Part shown: positions 1-13,219 of the stretch, one piece after another
Layout: the number at the start of each line of letters is the position of its first letter
How positions within the stretch are numbered: position 1 is the stretch's first letter
Source: Eledone cirrhosa
Lineage: Eukaryota
Direction: 5' to 3'
DNA length: 64,000 nt
Assembly (NCBI GenBank): GCA_964016885.1
Contig: OZ024743.1
Location: 26,164,001 to 26,228,000, forward strand
The notes under the pieces: model-generated
Databases searched by the model: none
The model's input: only the letters and a program-made list of their open reading frames with translations
Told to the model about the DNA's origin: nothing
Position numbers and translations under genes: made by a program

Positions 1-40
1 TAGCATATCAACTTCAATGTCCAATATGATCTTTTCTACG

Positions 41-350
41 CGTGGTTTAGTAATTAGAGTATTCGGTTCACGATGATAATGTTGTGAGTTCAATTCCCGG
101 AGGCACGTTGTGTCCTTAAAAAAGATATCTAATTTCACATTTCTCCAGTTCATTCACCTGACAAAAATTTATTGTAACTGTGATTCAAAGGGCCAGACTT
201 GTCACACACTATGTCACGCTGAATCTCCCTGAGAACTGTCTAAAGTGTAAAAACGCCTATAGAATGTTCATCTACTTTCACTTTAATTTCACCAACAGGT
301 TGTTTCCTTGTTCTGGAGCACTCATCGTCGGAACTGATGGAAGCTCAACA
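41..350 (+). mobile_element. Degenerate tRNA-derived SINE (Meta-domain-like core)
   Basis: A-box-like GTGGTTTAGT, B-box-like GAGTTCAATTCC, then GTTGTGTCCTT...CTCCAGTTCATTCACCTG. Boundaries approximate. Confidence 0.5.
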
Positions 351-474
351 ATACATTTAAGATGATAAAGATATGATTTAAAGTAGAATGTTTAGAATAC
401 TTTTAGTATTGTGACTGCGTAGAGAATCAGTCGTTTGCCTCAACAGAGGTAAAGAGACTGGTCCGTGTTGAGTG

Positions 475-760
475 GACGTAGCCTAGCCGAATGGTTACGG
501 AGTTCACTTCACAATCATTAGTTCCCGGGTTCAATCCCACTGCATGTCATCTTGGGAATATGCCATTTACCATAGCTTTGAGATGACCCAGGTTTTGTGA
601 GTGAAACTGAGGGGACAGAAACTGTTTGGATGAAATATACCGGAGAATTACTACTAGTATATGTGTATCTGTAGAATGCTCAGCCACTTACAAGTTAATT
701 TCATGAGTCAGCTGTTCCATTGATCGAAAAACTTTAAGAACCCTCGTCGAAATCGGTGAA
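475..760 (+). mobile_element. Degenerate tRNA-derived SINE
   Basis: tRNA-like head TAGCC..ATGGTTA...GGGTTCAATCCC followed by a CORE-like segment. Boundaries approximate. Confidence 0.5.
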
Positions 761-915
761 GGTTCATTCCAAGGTCGTTGTTGCCTATTTAATTAATGTT
801 AATTTAAATTGGATAATATTTATGTTATATTGTTTTTATTTATTTAACATTTTAATGCGCGGTCACGGCTTTGTATACAAACTTACACAGATACTATATA
901 TATGACCCTCCCCAA

Positions 916-959
<44 letters not shown>

Positions 960-1163
960 TGAGATGCCATGGAGAACATGTAGACACATGTAAAGACAAG
1001 TAACAACACATAATTAAACACACATCGACTTTTCGTGTTGAACAAAAATCTACCAAATATACATGGATACCTACATACAGACGCACAGACATACAAACAG
1101 ACAGACTCAAACATGCATACCACACACACAAACACACATACACACACACACACACCATATATA

Positions 1164-1226
1164 CAGAATGTTCCAAAAACGTATATACACACCTTGATTA
1201 CCTGTACAGGGAATATTTATTAGAAT
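1164..1226. mobile_element. Truncated copy of the Tc1/mariner-type MITE at 42958-43058
   Basis: Shares CTTGATTACCTGTACA..AATATTTATTAGAAT-like sequence with that MITE; cut off by a (TA)n tract. Confidence 0.5.
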
Positions 1227-1253
1227 ATATATATATATATACATATATATATA

Positions 1254-1373
1254 AATATAACTTGAAATAAAATGAAAACGAAATTTCATTTCTCACTCTT
1301 AGTACGGCACTTACTTAAATGTAAGTATGTGTGTATACGTACATACATATATGTATACAGACGTACAGTAGCA

Positions 1374-1427
<54 letters not shown>

Positions 1428-1783
1428 CTGGTACACATACATATATGCACGTATCAATTTAGCGGACGCTTATTATAACGCCGCTTTGTTCGTTTGTAAA
1501 CAAACTGAACAGCCTGAATTTTATGCCGTACGGTGTTAAGGCAACCACGTCACCTTTTTGTTCAACACTCACACAGGAACGATGTACTAGTTTCAAGCTT
1601 GTTAGCTATCATCAGCACCGTATACCCTTCTGCCAGATAGTTGAACGTTCGAAAGTATATACTTTCCTTATGAAAATTAACGGCTGAGCAGCCTAATTTG
1701 CATATCGAGTGAGTTAAGTCGGTCAGGCATACCGAAAACGATAAGTTGAAATAAAATGAAAACGAAATTTCATTTCTCACTCT
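1254..1783 (-). mobile_element. Non-coding hammerhead-bearing repeat, family A, copy 1 (retrozyme-like or PLE pLTR)
   Basis: One ~485-bp monomer with ~40-bp terminal redundancy (TTGAAATAAAATGAAAACGAAATTTCATTTCTCACTCTT at ~1262 and ~1746). Near-identical copies at 18.4-19.0 kb and 25.6-26.6 kb. Confidence 0.8.
1579..1621 (-). ncRNA. Minimal type I hammerhead ribozyme (family A)
   Basis: Minus strand ACGGTG-CTGATGA-tAGCTaacaAGCTt-GAAA-CTAG-TA-CATCGT; 6-bp stem I, palindromic stem III ACTAGT. Confidence 0.8.
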
Positions 1784-1786
1784 TGT

Positions 1787-1831
1787 TGTTCTCACGTTGT
1801 TCTATCAAGGAGCGTGAGGCGTCTTACTACA
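1787..1831 (-). repeat. 3' LTR remnant (first ~45 bp only)
   Basis: CGTTGTTCTATCAAGGAGCGTGAGGCGTCTTACTACA is identical to 7036-7072; the rest is missing at the family A junction. Confidence 0.85.
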
Positions 1832-1967
1832 GTACCTCGAGCCAGATTTTCAAACTATTGAAAATCGATGTCATTACTCACATGTGGAGTAAGATGGCGA
1901 ACAATGCAACAAGGGGGAGCTATCCGCTCTAGCAAAAATTGAATCCAGAATAAGGATTTGAAAAATG

Positions 1968-4298
1968 TTAAAAAAAAAAACGACATGCATGCATAAAAAA
2001 AACAAGGCAAAGGAATAGCAGAAACACAGAGGCAAAAAAAAAGGTGCAGCTAACATAGTCTAAATATAGACGGTGCTGCACAGTTTTGGGCCAGTGGACC
2101 CTACGACCTGAACGGGTTGTGGTCTTGTAACGTGGAGATGGTGGTGGTGTAGGGACAGGCGATGATGGTGGATCAGGAACAGTCGTTCGCTCAACAGGCA
2201 AATACGAAGGGGTTCGTGGATCAGGAACCACAGCGTCCGTATCAAGGTGCGCCTGCTTAAGCCTGTCTAATGTAACTGTCACCCTGGACCCCTTAATATC
2301 TAACGTGAAATGCTTAGCCGTGCGCGCTAAGACACGGTAAGGTCCAGTGTAAGGCTGTGTGAGCGGGGGCTTCACCGTATCATTCCTTACAAAGATATGC
2401 GTCCACGAGGCAATATCCCTCGGGACAGCAGTCTTGACAGATTGTTTCCTAGTGTCCATTGGCGGCAAATCCTGGAAATAGGAGCGCAAACAGGACACGT
2501 AGGAAGCGTGATCTTGGGCAAGCATTTGCCCGGGCAACGTCAGAGGGGCACCGTACAGTACTTCGGCCGGTGAAAATCCAAAGTCGACCTTCACCGTTGA
2601 CCGAATCCCTAGTAGCACAATAGGGAGGTACTCGCTCCAATGCGCCGAGTCCATTGAGGCCATTAAGGAGGCCTTCAGTTGGCGGTGAAAACGCTCCACC
2701 ATACCATTCGAAGCGGGATGGTATGCCGTAGTTCGAATGCGTTTAGCACCAATTAATTTTGACAGCTCGAGGAAAAGGCTCGACTCGAACTGTCGTCCAC
2801 GGTCGGTAGTTATCGTGGATGGAACTCCATAACGAGAGATCCATCCAGACACAAGAGCACGTGCTGTTGTCTCCGCGGTGATGTTTTTCAAGGGGATGGC
2901 CTCAGGCCATCTCGAAAAACGGTCAATGACGGTAAGTAGATAAGAAAAACCATCGCTGACAGGCCAAGGTCCCACTATGTCAATATGAATATGCGAAAAA
3001 CGCGCATCTGGGTTAGCAAAGGTACCCAGGGGAGCCTTGACGTGTCGATGGACCTTTGATTTCTGGCAAGCGACGCAGGAACGGCACCAAGCAGCAATTT
3101 CACGCCTCATATTTGGCCAGAAACATCTAGCTGATATGAGCTTTGCTGTGGCAGAAGATCCTGGATGCGAGATACAATGTAATCCCAGAAACACGGTCCG
3201 ACGATGATTCTCTGGAACGAAGGGCCTAGGCACGTCCAAAGAGACGTCGCAGAGAATTTGGCCAACTGCAGTCGACAGAGGCAAGTATTTCATATCGCAA
3301 TTCGCAAACTCGGGCGATGTGACATCCAGTGACTCAAGGGGAGGCTGATCCGCAGCCAAACGAGTCAGATCTATGTCAGAGGGTGACGAGATCGCTGTCA
3401 CGGGTAAGCGGGACAAAGCATCGGCCGCTGTATTTAGTGAACCCGAAATGTGCTGGATATCACTCGTATATTGCGAGATGAAATCAAGGTGTCTCGTCTC
3501 TCTGGGCGAGTATTTATCAGCCTTCGCTCTCAAAGCAAAAGTCAATGGTTTATGGTCAGTGAGGATAGTAAATTGTCTACCCTCTAGCACATGTGAAAAA
3601 TGTTTCACGGCCAAATAGATGGCTAAAAGCTCTCTTCCAAAGGTGCTGTAGCGCGTCTCAGCAGGATTTAGCTTTTTGGAAAAAAACTCCAGCGGTTGCT
3701 GGTAACCATTGATGTTTTGCTGTAGTACTGCGCCCACAGCGATATCCGATGCATCAACACAAAGCGTTAGCTTTGCACCGGGTACCGGGTGAGTCAGTAA
3801 CGAAGCATTAGCCAAAACAGTTTTGGCGTGCTGAAAATCAGCAAGTTGAGTATCTGTCAAAGAAATATCTTTGTTCTTCCTCCGACAATTTTTCAAAATT
3901 TCTGTCAGGGAGAAAAGCAACTTGGCACAATTTGGCACGAAACGCCTATAAAAGTTAACCAGACCTAAGAACTGGCGTAACTGACGTAATGAGGTCGGTG
4001 GAGGCAAATCCTCTATGACCTTAACTCGCTCAGGCCGGGGTCGAATTCCGTCAGCATCGATGACGTGACCCAAGAAAGTCAGTGACTCAGCACCAAAAAC
4101 ACATTTGGGTGCATTAAGCTGCACGTTATACGCCTTCAATCGGCGGAAAAGAAGATTCAAATGGTGCGTATGCTGCTCTGGAGAAGAACTAGCAATGAGC
4201 AGATCGTCAATATAGGTATAGACGAAATCGAGGCCTCGAGTAACCTCATCCATAAACCGCTGAAAAGTACTAGCGGCATTCCTTAATCCGAACGGCAT
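1968..4298 (-). pseudogene. pol: Gypsy pol, C-terminal part (RT, RNase H, integrase)
   Basis: [30 protein letters not shown] zinc finger, HIDIVGP/TDRG/ERF integrase core, GPY motif. Confidence 0.93.
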
Positions 4299-5236
4299 AG
4301 TCTAGTCAAAAACTCGAAAGACCCAAATGGCGTAACTATAGCCGTTTTTGGAATGTCATTTTTATGGACAGGAATTTGATGGTACGCACGAATTAAATCC
4401 AGTTTGGAGAATATCTTGCATCCCTGCAACGAAGACGCAAAGTCTTGCAGATGAGGGATAGGATAACGGTCCGGTACCGTTATCGAATTCAGGTGTCGAT
4501 AATCTCCAGTAGGTCTCCAATCGCCATTCGCTTTCGGTACCATGTGCAATGGGGACGCCCACGGGCTCGTGGACGGACGAATAATCCCCATTTGCAGCAT
4601 ATGATCAAATTCTGATCGTGCTGCTTTGAGTTTGTCCGGAGGCAAGCGACGAGGGTGAGAGAAAACGGGAGCACCAGTTGTAGATATGAAGTGCTCCGTG
4701 TGAGTAGGTTCATCAAATCGAAAATTCCCCTGTGTCAGTTGCGGGAACGAGTTCAACAACGCATGGAAAGGATCACCGGTGTTAGCAAGAAAAAATATCG
4801 GGCTAACCGTTGGAACTCCTGCTGCCTTGCCAACAACAGTTAATCCCGTGATGCCATCAATTAGGCGTTTACCACGAAGGTCCACCGTCAATGAAAAATG
4901 GTGGAGAAAATCCGCGCCTAGAATCGGATACGGCAAGGCAGCGACAGTAAATATCCATTTAAACTCGCGCCGCAGATTACGAAACTGCAAAGGTAACGAG
5001 ATTTGTCCGAAAGTTCGAATCGGCGAACAATTTACTGCCTGCAACTCAATAGGCGTCTCAGGGGGAGTCTCCTTCATACAACACACAGGCCATACGGAAC
5101 AAGCTGCACCTGTGTCAACCAGAAAAGCTCTACCTGACAGCAGGTCCTCAATGAAAAAGTGGCGGTTAGATGTTGTTTCGCAGAGCGCACTATCCGCCGT
5201 TAGTGACTCTGGTCGTCTTTTCCCTCGTAAGCACAA
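4283..5236 (-). pseudogene. pol: Gypsy pol, N-terminal part (aspartic protease and start of RT)
   Basis: [36 protein letters not shown]; frameshifted relative to 1968-4298 near 4300. Confidence 0.92.
5181..5224 (-). promoter_or_regulatory. Putative programmed -1 ribosomal frameshift signal (gag-pol)
   Basis: G GGA AAA in the gag frame (5224-5218), 6-nt spacer, hairpin CAGAG-t-CACTA/TAGTG-cg-CTCTG; pol is in the -1 frame. Confidence 0.7.
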
Positions 5237-5975
5237 GGAGGCCTACAACGGGCGGCTTTTTTACCATATCTTTCATGGTAATAACAATATGTTGTTCCTG
5301 GTGTGTTGGAAGGGCTACGGTGGCGAGAAGTTGAATACCGTCGTGAGCGGCTCCTCTGCCGTCCAAAGGACCTGAATTCCGTGCACAACTCCGCCATTTG
5401 ACGAGTCATGGCTTCCATAGTGGTGATTAATTTGTCATCAGACGCTGATGAGCGTGATTGAGGAAGAGAAGAGGAAGCAACGTACTTTGGCTTCGAAGTG
5501 TCTCTCTTCGTCACCTCTACAATTTTGTCAGCAGAGACAGCAATGTGATCCAGGGTATTCACCTCTAGCATATGGGCTAGGATCGCCTGTACCTCTTGAG
5601 GTAGGCGAGAGAAGAACAATTGCTTCAGGAAAGGGCTATCCTGATCTTGGGAATCGCTCAAATCCCGCAAATGCCGGAGAAAAGCGGTAGGGGTCCTGTC
5701 ACCTAATCGTTCGTCCTCGATCAGTGACCGAAAACGACTCTCTACCGACTTACAATTCCTCCTCAAAATCTCGCCCTTCAAAAACTCATACGTCAAGTCA
5801 GAGGGGGGTCTGTAATTAGGTCTTGGACCGAATCTGCTAGATTAGGGGGAAGGCCGCTAATCAGTACAGCGAGGCGCTGGTCAGATTCGGTCTTACAGAC
5901 CGTAAAATACGCCTGTAACTGGGCAAACCACATCTTAGGTTTTCCAGTAAAGGCGGGCAAATGTGGTACATTCAT
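5200..5975 (-). pseudogene. gag: Gypsy gag (one frameshift near 5795)
   Basis: LPAF..KPKMWFAQL, LGDRTP, C-terminal [18 protein letters not shown]. Confidence 0.88.
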
Positions 5976-6831
5976 GTCAACTTTTAAAATTAAAACAAAT
6001 ATATATACCTATATATCGAAAGAGCAATTAATGCACCCTTGTACAGTGAAAAGAGAACAGCCAATATTGAGAAAAAGTTAAAGGGCAAAAAGAAACAGAC
6101 ATTCAAAACATAAGGAAATATGCAAAATACATAAAATACAGATATATATCTTTAAAAAAAATTTTTTCCTTCAACGTCTGTCCCCTCGCGTTGCCTCAAC
6201 GAACCAGCCAAATCAAATAAGGTAAAAAAAAAGGAAGAAAAAAAATGTTTTTTTTTTTTTAAACAAAGGTAGCCAGTGGCTAAAACTCCCTTAGAAAAAG
6301 GTAAGGCATGTATATCCCCATGCGGGGCAGTTATGTTCACAAAAAAAAGTTTAGTCTCTTCTCTCTTGATCAGTCATGGAACACATACCCAATTCAAAAA
6401 ATGTGTCCGTTACAAAACGGGGAAGGAACGCAACGCCACCTTGGAAAAATACACTTTTTTCTTTTTTCTTCTGTAAGTTGCGAAAAAGTTGGCAACGGAA
6501 ATGGAATATGCAAGTGAATAAAAAAAAAGTCGCTCTAAATTATCGACACGAATGAATCGTTTTGATATTTCCGATGTGTGGTGGTTTGCGTCGGTAAGGC
6601 TATGAAGCTGCCACTCACTATTCCCTGTTTTGGTCAGTGGTTAAACAATGTTGTCGCTGATGCTGCTGTCGTTGTTGTTCTCGAGTGTAGCAAAAAGTTT
6701 ATGAAATACTACTAATTTTTCGATAATTTTAAAAGGATTATTTTTTATTTTCGCAAGATGCGAAAAAAAGGGCCGACAATGTGGCAATAAAAGGTCAATT
6801 GATGAAAAAGAAGGGCTGCGTTAAATTCTTA

Positions 6832-6843
6832 CGTCGGTCACCA
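6832..6843 (-). promoter_or_regulatory. Primer binding site, tRNA-Trp-like
   Basis: TGGTGACCGACG just inside the LTR; 2 nt shorter than TGGTGACCCCGACG. Confidence 0.7.
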
Positions 6844-6844
6844 C

Positions 6845-7072
6845 TTTAGCAGTATTAGTTGTAGATGTTATCGAGATGCAAGTGACATAATAACAGCAGA
6901 AATTAGAGATGAAATATACGTTTATTTTTTGTTATAGCACAAACAATGGTGTTGTACAGAGGCTGGTATCTGGCGTGTGATCCGTCGGCTTTCCAGTGGC
7001 TGTCTGTCTTTTCTTTCTCTGGCGTTCTCAACCGGCGTTGTTCTATCAAGGAGCGTGAGGCGTCTTACTACA
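6845..7072 (-). repeat. 5' LTR (~228 bp)
   Basis: Begins TGTAGTAAG on the minus strand, has AATAAA, ends next to the PBS, matches 1787-1831. Confidence 0.85.
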
Positions 7073-7252
7073 AATATAACAGATAAAATCCATGGGGCTG
7101 AAAATCATAGACCCGAGGACGACCGACCATCTAGCATCTTCCGCTTTAGCCGGTCGCCCTCAAGTCTAAAGCCGGCTAAAGTGGAAGATGCTAGATGGTC
7201 GGTCGTCCTCGGGTCTATGATTTTCAGCCACATGGATTTTATCTGTTACATT
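7073..7252. repeat. 180-bp fold-back palindrome (MITE-like)
   Basis: ~80-bp arms with about 3 mismatches around a ~17-nt spacer. Confidence 0.9.
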
Positions 7253-7321
7253 CATTTATTATATTTCGAATACCTGATGATATCACCGGATTCATACGGA
7301 ACCCGGTCATTGAAATGATCA

Positions 7322-10300
7322 TCTCTATATATATAAAACGGTAGATGTCTGTCTGTGTGTGTGTATGATTTTTATGCATTTCCACATTTCTCTACCGATT
7401 TTGATTTTTTTTTTCCAATGTGCTCCAAATTTACCAGGGCAGGTCAACGCGTAATTATTTTTGCCAAAAATGTCCTGCTTCTATGAAAGAAAATCGATAA
7501 AACTAAATACATGCTATAACCCTCTCTCTTACATGCTTCATTCCTCTTACTACTCTCAATCTCCTCCGCAACTCTCTTTAAAAGGTTACTGCCTCCGTCT
7601 CCATTACAGTTTAGAACAACGACAAATCTTCTCTCTCTATAATAGATCATTCCCCCTCTTCGTTCGTCATACATCAAATATCAAAATTTAAAAAGCCGAT
7701 AATACTAAATACATACTGCTCTCTCAACGTTACATTTTACATCAAATAACAAATATTCAAAAGCAACAGATGAATTTATAAAACAACAAACGTAACAATA
7801 ACGACGCTTAAGCGTTCATTTACTTGAATCTCAACAAAGACATTATATTTTATTGTTGTCCTTTTTGTAATTTTCTTTCTTTGTTTTTCTCAATATGAGA
7901 CAAAAAATTAAGGAGAAAACTTTTTTCACGAACGTCCGATTTAGATGATTTATTTTCCAGTGTGCTCCAAAATAACGCCCTTGTTTACGCTCTTTTGTGC
8001 TATAACTGAGACAGGCTTGGCTTACAGGTTTGACCTATTATTTGACGTGCATTCTTCATAGATCTTACTTAGTACTCACTTTCCACTTACTCACCGTTCA
8101 ATTGAAAGTTTTGGCTACTCCCTCTTTCATGCTCCATTACCTGCATAAATATTTACATGTTCGGTCCTGCTACAACATAGTACTCACTTGAAACTAATTC
8201 AAAGTTCATTTGAAAATTTTCGCTACCAAACATTCTTTGAATCAACGGTCATGCCACCCAAAAAAAAGACCACGACAGTCGCCAAACTAAAGTTGCTTCT
8301 GCTGCCAAACGAAGAAGAGCTACAGAGTTGTCCGTAGAAAAATTGACTCGGTTGTCACAAAATTCAACTCGAAATGCAATTACCCGGGCAGCCGAGACAG
8401 AAAAAAAGAGGAGCATCCGCCTTTCTGGAAATGCATTTGTAACTGCAGTTGCACGTACAGCGCAAACTGATGGACAACATTCTCGACGACGAAGCAAAAA
8501 TGCTGCCTCCACCGCTGCGGCACGTGACGGTGAGGACGAAGAACACCGTTACAGTCGACGACGAAGAGATGCCGCCTCAACTGCTGCGTCACGTGCTGCC
8601 GAGGACGAAGGGGAGCGTTCCAGACGTCAACGTACGGACGCCGCTTCAACAGCTTCCGTTCGCGCATCAGAGACTGCGCAAATTCAATTATAAAAGCTAA
8701 ACGCCAACGCATTCCGCAGGAGTGTTAAAGAAGGTACACAGAGGATCAGTTGCACTCAGTGGTCTCATAAGGCTTTCCACTATGACCCAACAGTAAAATA
8801 TGCACTGATGCTAGAAGTTCAGATTGGATACATGTCTGTCATTTGCCAATATTGTCGGGCAAAAAAAATGGCTTGGGGAAACTTCAGGGATGTGCTGCTC
8901 TGACGGCAAAGTGAGACTGCCTCCTCTACAGGAACCACCACAACCTCTACTGACCGGTGCCACAGCGGAGTCAGAACACTTCCTTCGATGTTCCAGGAGA
9001 TACAACGCTGCTTTCCAAATGACCTCTTCAGAGGACAAATTTACCACAGAATCGGTTCGCTACTGCCCACGACAGACGGACAGCCCCAGTTCCTACAACT
9101 ATACTTTGTCACTGACTATTTAGACCAAGCGGAACGACGCGCTTCAATTTCGCCTGACACAGACATGAAAATTCTGTTGCAACTCGAGAGAATGCTGCAC
9201 GAAAACAACAACTACATTCGCAGTTTTAAATGCGCATTGCAGGCTGCTCCGTTGCCAAATTTTGCTGTTATAATCGACGCTAACAGGAAACCACCAGGCA
9301 CCCACGCCGGACGTTTCAACACTCCCACGTGCAATAAAATAGCTGTGCTTCTTCATGGAGAACAGTACAACAAGCGGGACATCATACTTCAGTGTAGGGA
9401 CAATAGTCTGTAACGGATCAGCGAGACGCATAGGTCCTACGGCGCATTCCAATATCCCCTACTTTTCCCATTAGGTGACGACGGATACCACTTTGGAATT
9501 CCTTTGTGCAACAGCAGCAAAACTGTTTCCTCTATGCAATTCTACACCTACCGATTCATGGTCCGCGAATGCTGCTTTAAACAACTCCACCGTGCAAGAG
9601 TACTCTTCAACCAGCTTGCTGTAGACGCGTGCGCAAAGATGGAATCTGAAAGGTTGTGCTACATAAGGAACAATCAAGCACGCCTTCGTTCGGACAGCTA
9701 CATTCACTTACGGGATGGAGTAAGGAATGACGTCGATCCCGAGAACCTAGGAAAACATTGTATCCTTCCGTCGACCTTCATTAGGAGTCCCCGATACATG
9801 AGTGAATGCACACAGGATGCTATGACGTACGTGCGTCTCTGCGGCAGACCGGATCTCTTCATCACTTCAACATGCAACCCTAAGTGGAGTGAAATTACCG
9901 CGGACAAAGGGCGTCAGACAGACACGACCTATTGGCACGAGTCTTTCACTTGAAGTTGACAAAACTTATTGAACTCCTAAAATCAGGTAAGGCCTTTTGA
10001 CCTGTTAGGTGCTACGTATACACCGTTGAGTGGCAAAAGAGAGGCCTGCCACACGCTCACCTACTCATTTGGCTGATAACGAAAATCAATGCAAGCAGCA
10101 TTGACAGCATAATTTCAGCAGAAATACCCGACCCAAAATTGGACAGAGAACTCCACAACATCGACACTGCTCACATGGTTCATGGGCCATGCGGAAACGG
10201 TTTCAACATAAATTCGCCATGCATTAAAGAAAGAAGGTACACCAAGAGGTATCCTAGGCCATTCCTCTGAGAAACTCGGACAGGTGGCGACGGTTATCCA

Positions 10301-12948
10301 TTATACCGCCGCAGGGAGCCAGCGGACGGAGGAATTGTTGCGAAAACACCACATCACAACGTCGACAACCGGTGGATTGTACCCTACTGCCCACTTCTGC
10401 TTAAATTGTTTAACGCCCACATTAACGTTGAATACTGCCACTCCGTCAAATCGATAAAGTACGTCTGCAAGTATATCAATAAGGGGTCCGATGCTGCGTC
10501 CTTTGGTCTTACAATGGAGAACAACCGAGACGAAGTAACTCGATACCAGGTCGGCCGATACATCAGCAGCAATGAAGCGTTCTGGCGATTCTTCCACTTT
10601 GCAATACACCATAACTACCCCCAATCAAATAGTTGGCGGTGCACCTTGAGATAGCAGAGAAACTCAAGGACACCTCATTTACGGCATTTTTTAAGTTATG
10701 CCGAAACGATCCCTTCGCCAAGACCATCTTCTACTCTCAGGTGCCATCATACTACACATGGAACACAGACAACAGAATTTGGTTAAGAAGGATGAAAGGA
10801 CAACTCGTCGAGGGACATCCAGACATTAAAATGTCCCCTACCCTTGGGAGAGTGTACACCATTCATCCTAACCAACAGGAATGCTTTTACCTCCGCCTTC
10901 TACTGCATGAGGTGGTAGGACCGACATCTTTCGACGATCTGAAAACAATCAACGGAGAGCTTTGTACTTCATTCCGCGCAGCCTGCCTTACACGGGGTCT
11001 ACTGGAAGATGGCGCTCAGTGGGATGCGACATTGGCGGAGGCAGCTACAATACGCTCAGCGCGAACTCTTCGGCAACTCTTTGCGGTGCTACTGCAGACA
11101 TGCGAGTTAAGCGACCCTGCATCCTTATGGGACAAATACAAAGAGGACCTTTCCGATGACTACATACACCAAGGACAACTGCTACTCCCTCATTCCGACG
11201 TACGACTCAGCGACGAATTCTTCAACAAAGCTCTCATTGACATCGAGGACAAAATCCTAACTGCCGGCGGAAATGACCTTCCATTCTATGGACTGCCAAA
11301 AGTTCAGCGAACGGGCTCGGACGAACTTCCGACGGGCATAATTCAGGAAACTGCCTACGACGTCCACGCCCTCGAACTGTTCATCAACGAAAACGAGCCG
11401 AAATTGTTACAGGACCAACGGCGAGCGTATGACATAGTTTGCACTTCCATTCGTCAACGCAGAGTAGGTATCTTCTTTTGGGATGCCCCAGGAGGAACTG
11501 GTAAAACATTCGTCAATAAACTGCTCCTCGCCAAAGTGCGACAGCAGAAAGGAAGCGCCCTGGCTGTGGCTTCTTCTGGCATTGGCGCAACTCTGCTGCC
11601 CGGGGGTAGGATAGAACATTCCGTATTTAAACTACCATTCAACACGACTTCAGACGACACAATAACCTGCAACATCACCAAGGACTCTGACAAAGCTGAA
11701 GTCTTGAAAAGATGCCACCTAATTGTGTGGGACGAATGCACAATGGCCCATAAAGGGTCCCTTGAGGCGTTAGACATGACCCTACGAGACATCATGGAAT
11801 GCAACGGGCCGATGAAAGGAGTACCTCTACTGCTGTCTGGCGATTTTCGACAAACTCTTCCAGTTGTTCCAAAAGCCACCAGAGTCGACACTGTGGGGGC
11901 TTGCATTAAGTCATCTCCCCTGTGGCAGGAAGTGACAATCTTGACCTTCACAACAAGCATGAGAGCCCAACTGGTCGGTGACCACTCAGCAGCCGTCTTC
12001 TCAAAGGACCTCTTAACAGTTGGTGACGGCACTGCACCTTCAGATGCAGCTGGAGAAATGGCAGTCTCGCAAGTAGGCACCGTTGTCGACACTGTTGACG
12101 ACCTCACAGCCTCTGTCTTTCCCAATATGGCGACCAACTACAAAAACACGAGTTGGCTATGCGATAGAGCCATATTGGCTCCCAAAAATGTCTCCGTTGC
12201 AAAAATCAATGAGGACCTTCTGCAATGCATTCCTGGAAACCTCCGTACCTACAAATCTGTGCAAAGTTGTGGACAAAGATGAGGTTGGCGATTTTCCAAC
12301 AGAATTCCTCAATTCCTTGGACCTCACTGGACTGCCACCTCATGAACTGCGCGTCAAAGTTGGGACTCCAGTCATGCTGTTGAGGAACCTGGAACCACCA
12401 CGTCTCTGCAACGGAATACGGTTAGTGGTAAGAAACCTCCTGCCGCATGTAATTGAAGCCACAATTCTCTCGGGCTGCGGCGCTGGAGAAAAGGTCTTCA
12501 TATCCAGAATACCATTAACTCCATCAGGTACGGAATGCCCCTATACTCTGCGCCGACTTCAATTCCCCGTTAAACTTTGCTTCGCGATGTCAATCAACAA
12601 GTCCCAAGGCCAAACGCTATGAACGGCAGGCCTGCATTTAGCCCAGCCGTGCTTCTCACACGGCCAATTATACGTCGCATGCTCAAGAGTGAGATGCAAG
12701 CAGAACTTATTAATTACTTGCGCCCAAAGGCAGAACAAAAAATGTGGTCTACATAGAGGTGTTGTGACTCCTCTATTCAGCACCACTACAGTCTTGCCGG
12801 TCTGACATATAGTGATTAGATGCTATTTTTGTATATTTTCAAAGTTACCCGTATTTACTTTCAATGCCTCAATATTCATAATTGAGTGGAATCATTAAAA
12901 GTACTTTAAAGCAATTAAACTCCGAGCAACGCCGGGCACGTCTGCTAG
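7322..12948 (+). mobile_element. Helitron 1, full length, decayed
   Basis: 5' a|TCTCTATATATATAAA, 3' hairpin CCGAGCAACGCCGGG then CTAG|t; RepHel remnants inside. Confidence 0.93.
8250..12770 (+). pseudogene. RepHel (HUH Rep + PIF1-like helicase), many stops and frameshifts
   Basis: R-rich N-terminus, PDLFITSTCNPKW, VEWQKRGLPHAH, KYVCKYINKG, GGTGKT, DEC, GDFRQ, AMSINKSQGQ. Confidence 0.92.
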
Positions 12949-13145
12949 TAGTATAATAAACCTTTCAAGGATTTACACAAGTCTAGCCTCCTGTTATTTT
13001 ATTATAATATTTAACTCCGTACTCGTACAACCAACTACACAAACGAAGACGGTTGAACTGCTTTACGTTGAGTACTCTCCATATTATTACATCAAGATTG
13101 GCCATACGGAATTGACCAGCTCTATCCAGTGGTGAACCTTCAAAC

Positions 13146-13147
<2 letters not shown>

Positions 13148-13219
<72 letters not shown>

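Larger units (their letters stand above)
1787..7072 (-). mobile_element. Ty3/Gypsy LTR retrotransposon, CsRn1-like clade, mildly decayed
   Basis: Order LTR-PBS-gag-PR-RT-RH-INT-LTR; CHCC-type Gag motif, DTG protease, tRNA-Trp-like PBS. Confidence 0.93.

Noticed and set aside
1696-1703. Octamer ATGCAAAT in family A
   Set aside because: Single short motif, mutated in the 26.2 kb copy, with no supporting snRNA-type promoter.
1562-1795. Recurring 67-77 aa ORF (also at 18570 and 26112)
   Set aside because: It recurs only because family A is repeated; start codons are inconsistent and it is not preserved in the diverged 49.6 kb copy.
4779-5375. Antisense ORFs over pol, RepHel and LINE ORF2 (also 11454-12137 and 54896-55510)
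   Set aside because: Shadow frames of transposon coding sequence with no motifs of their own.
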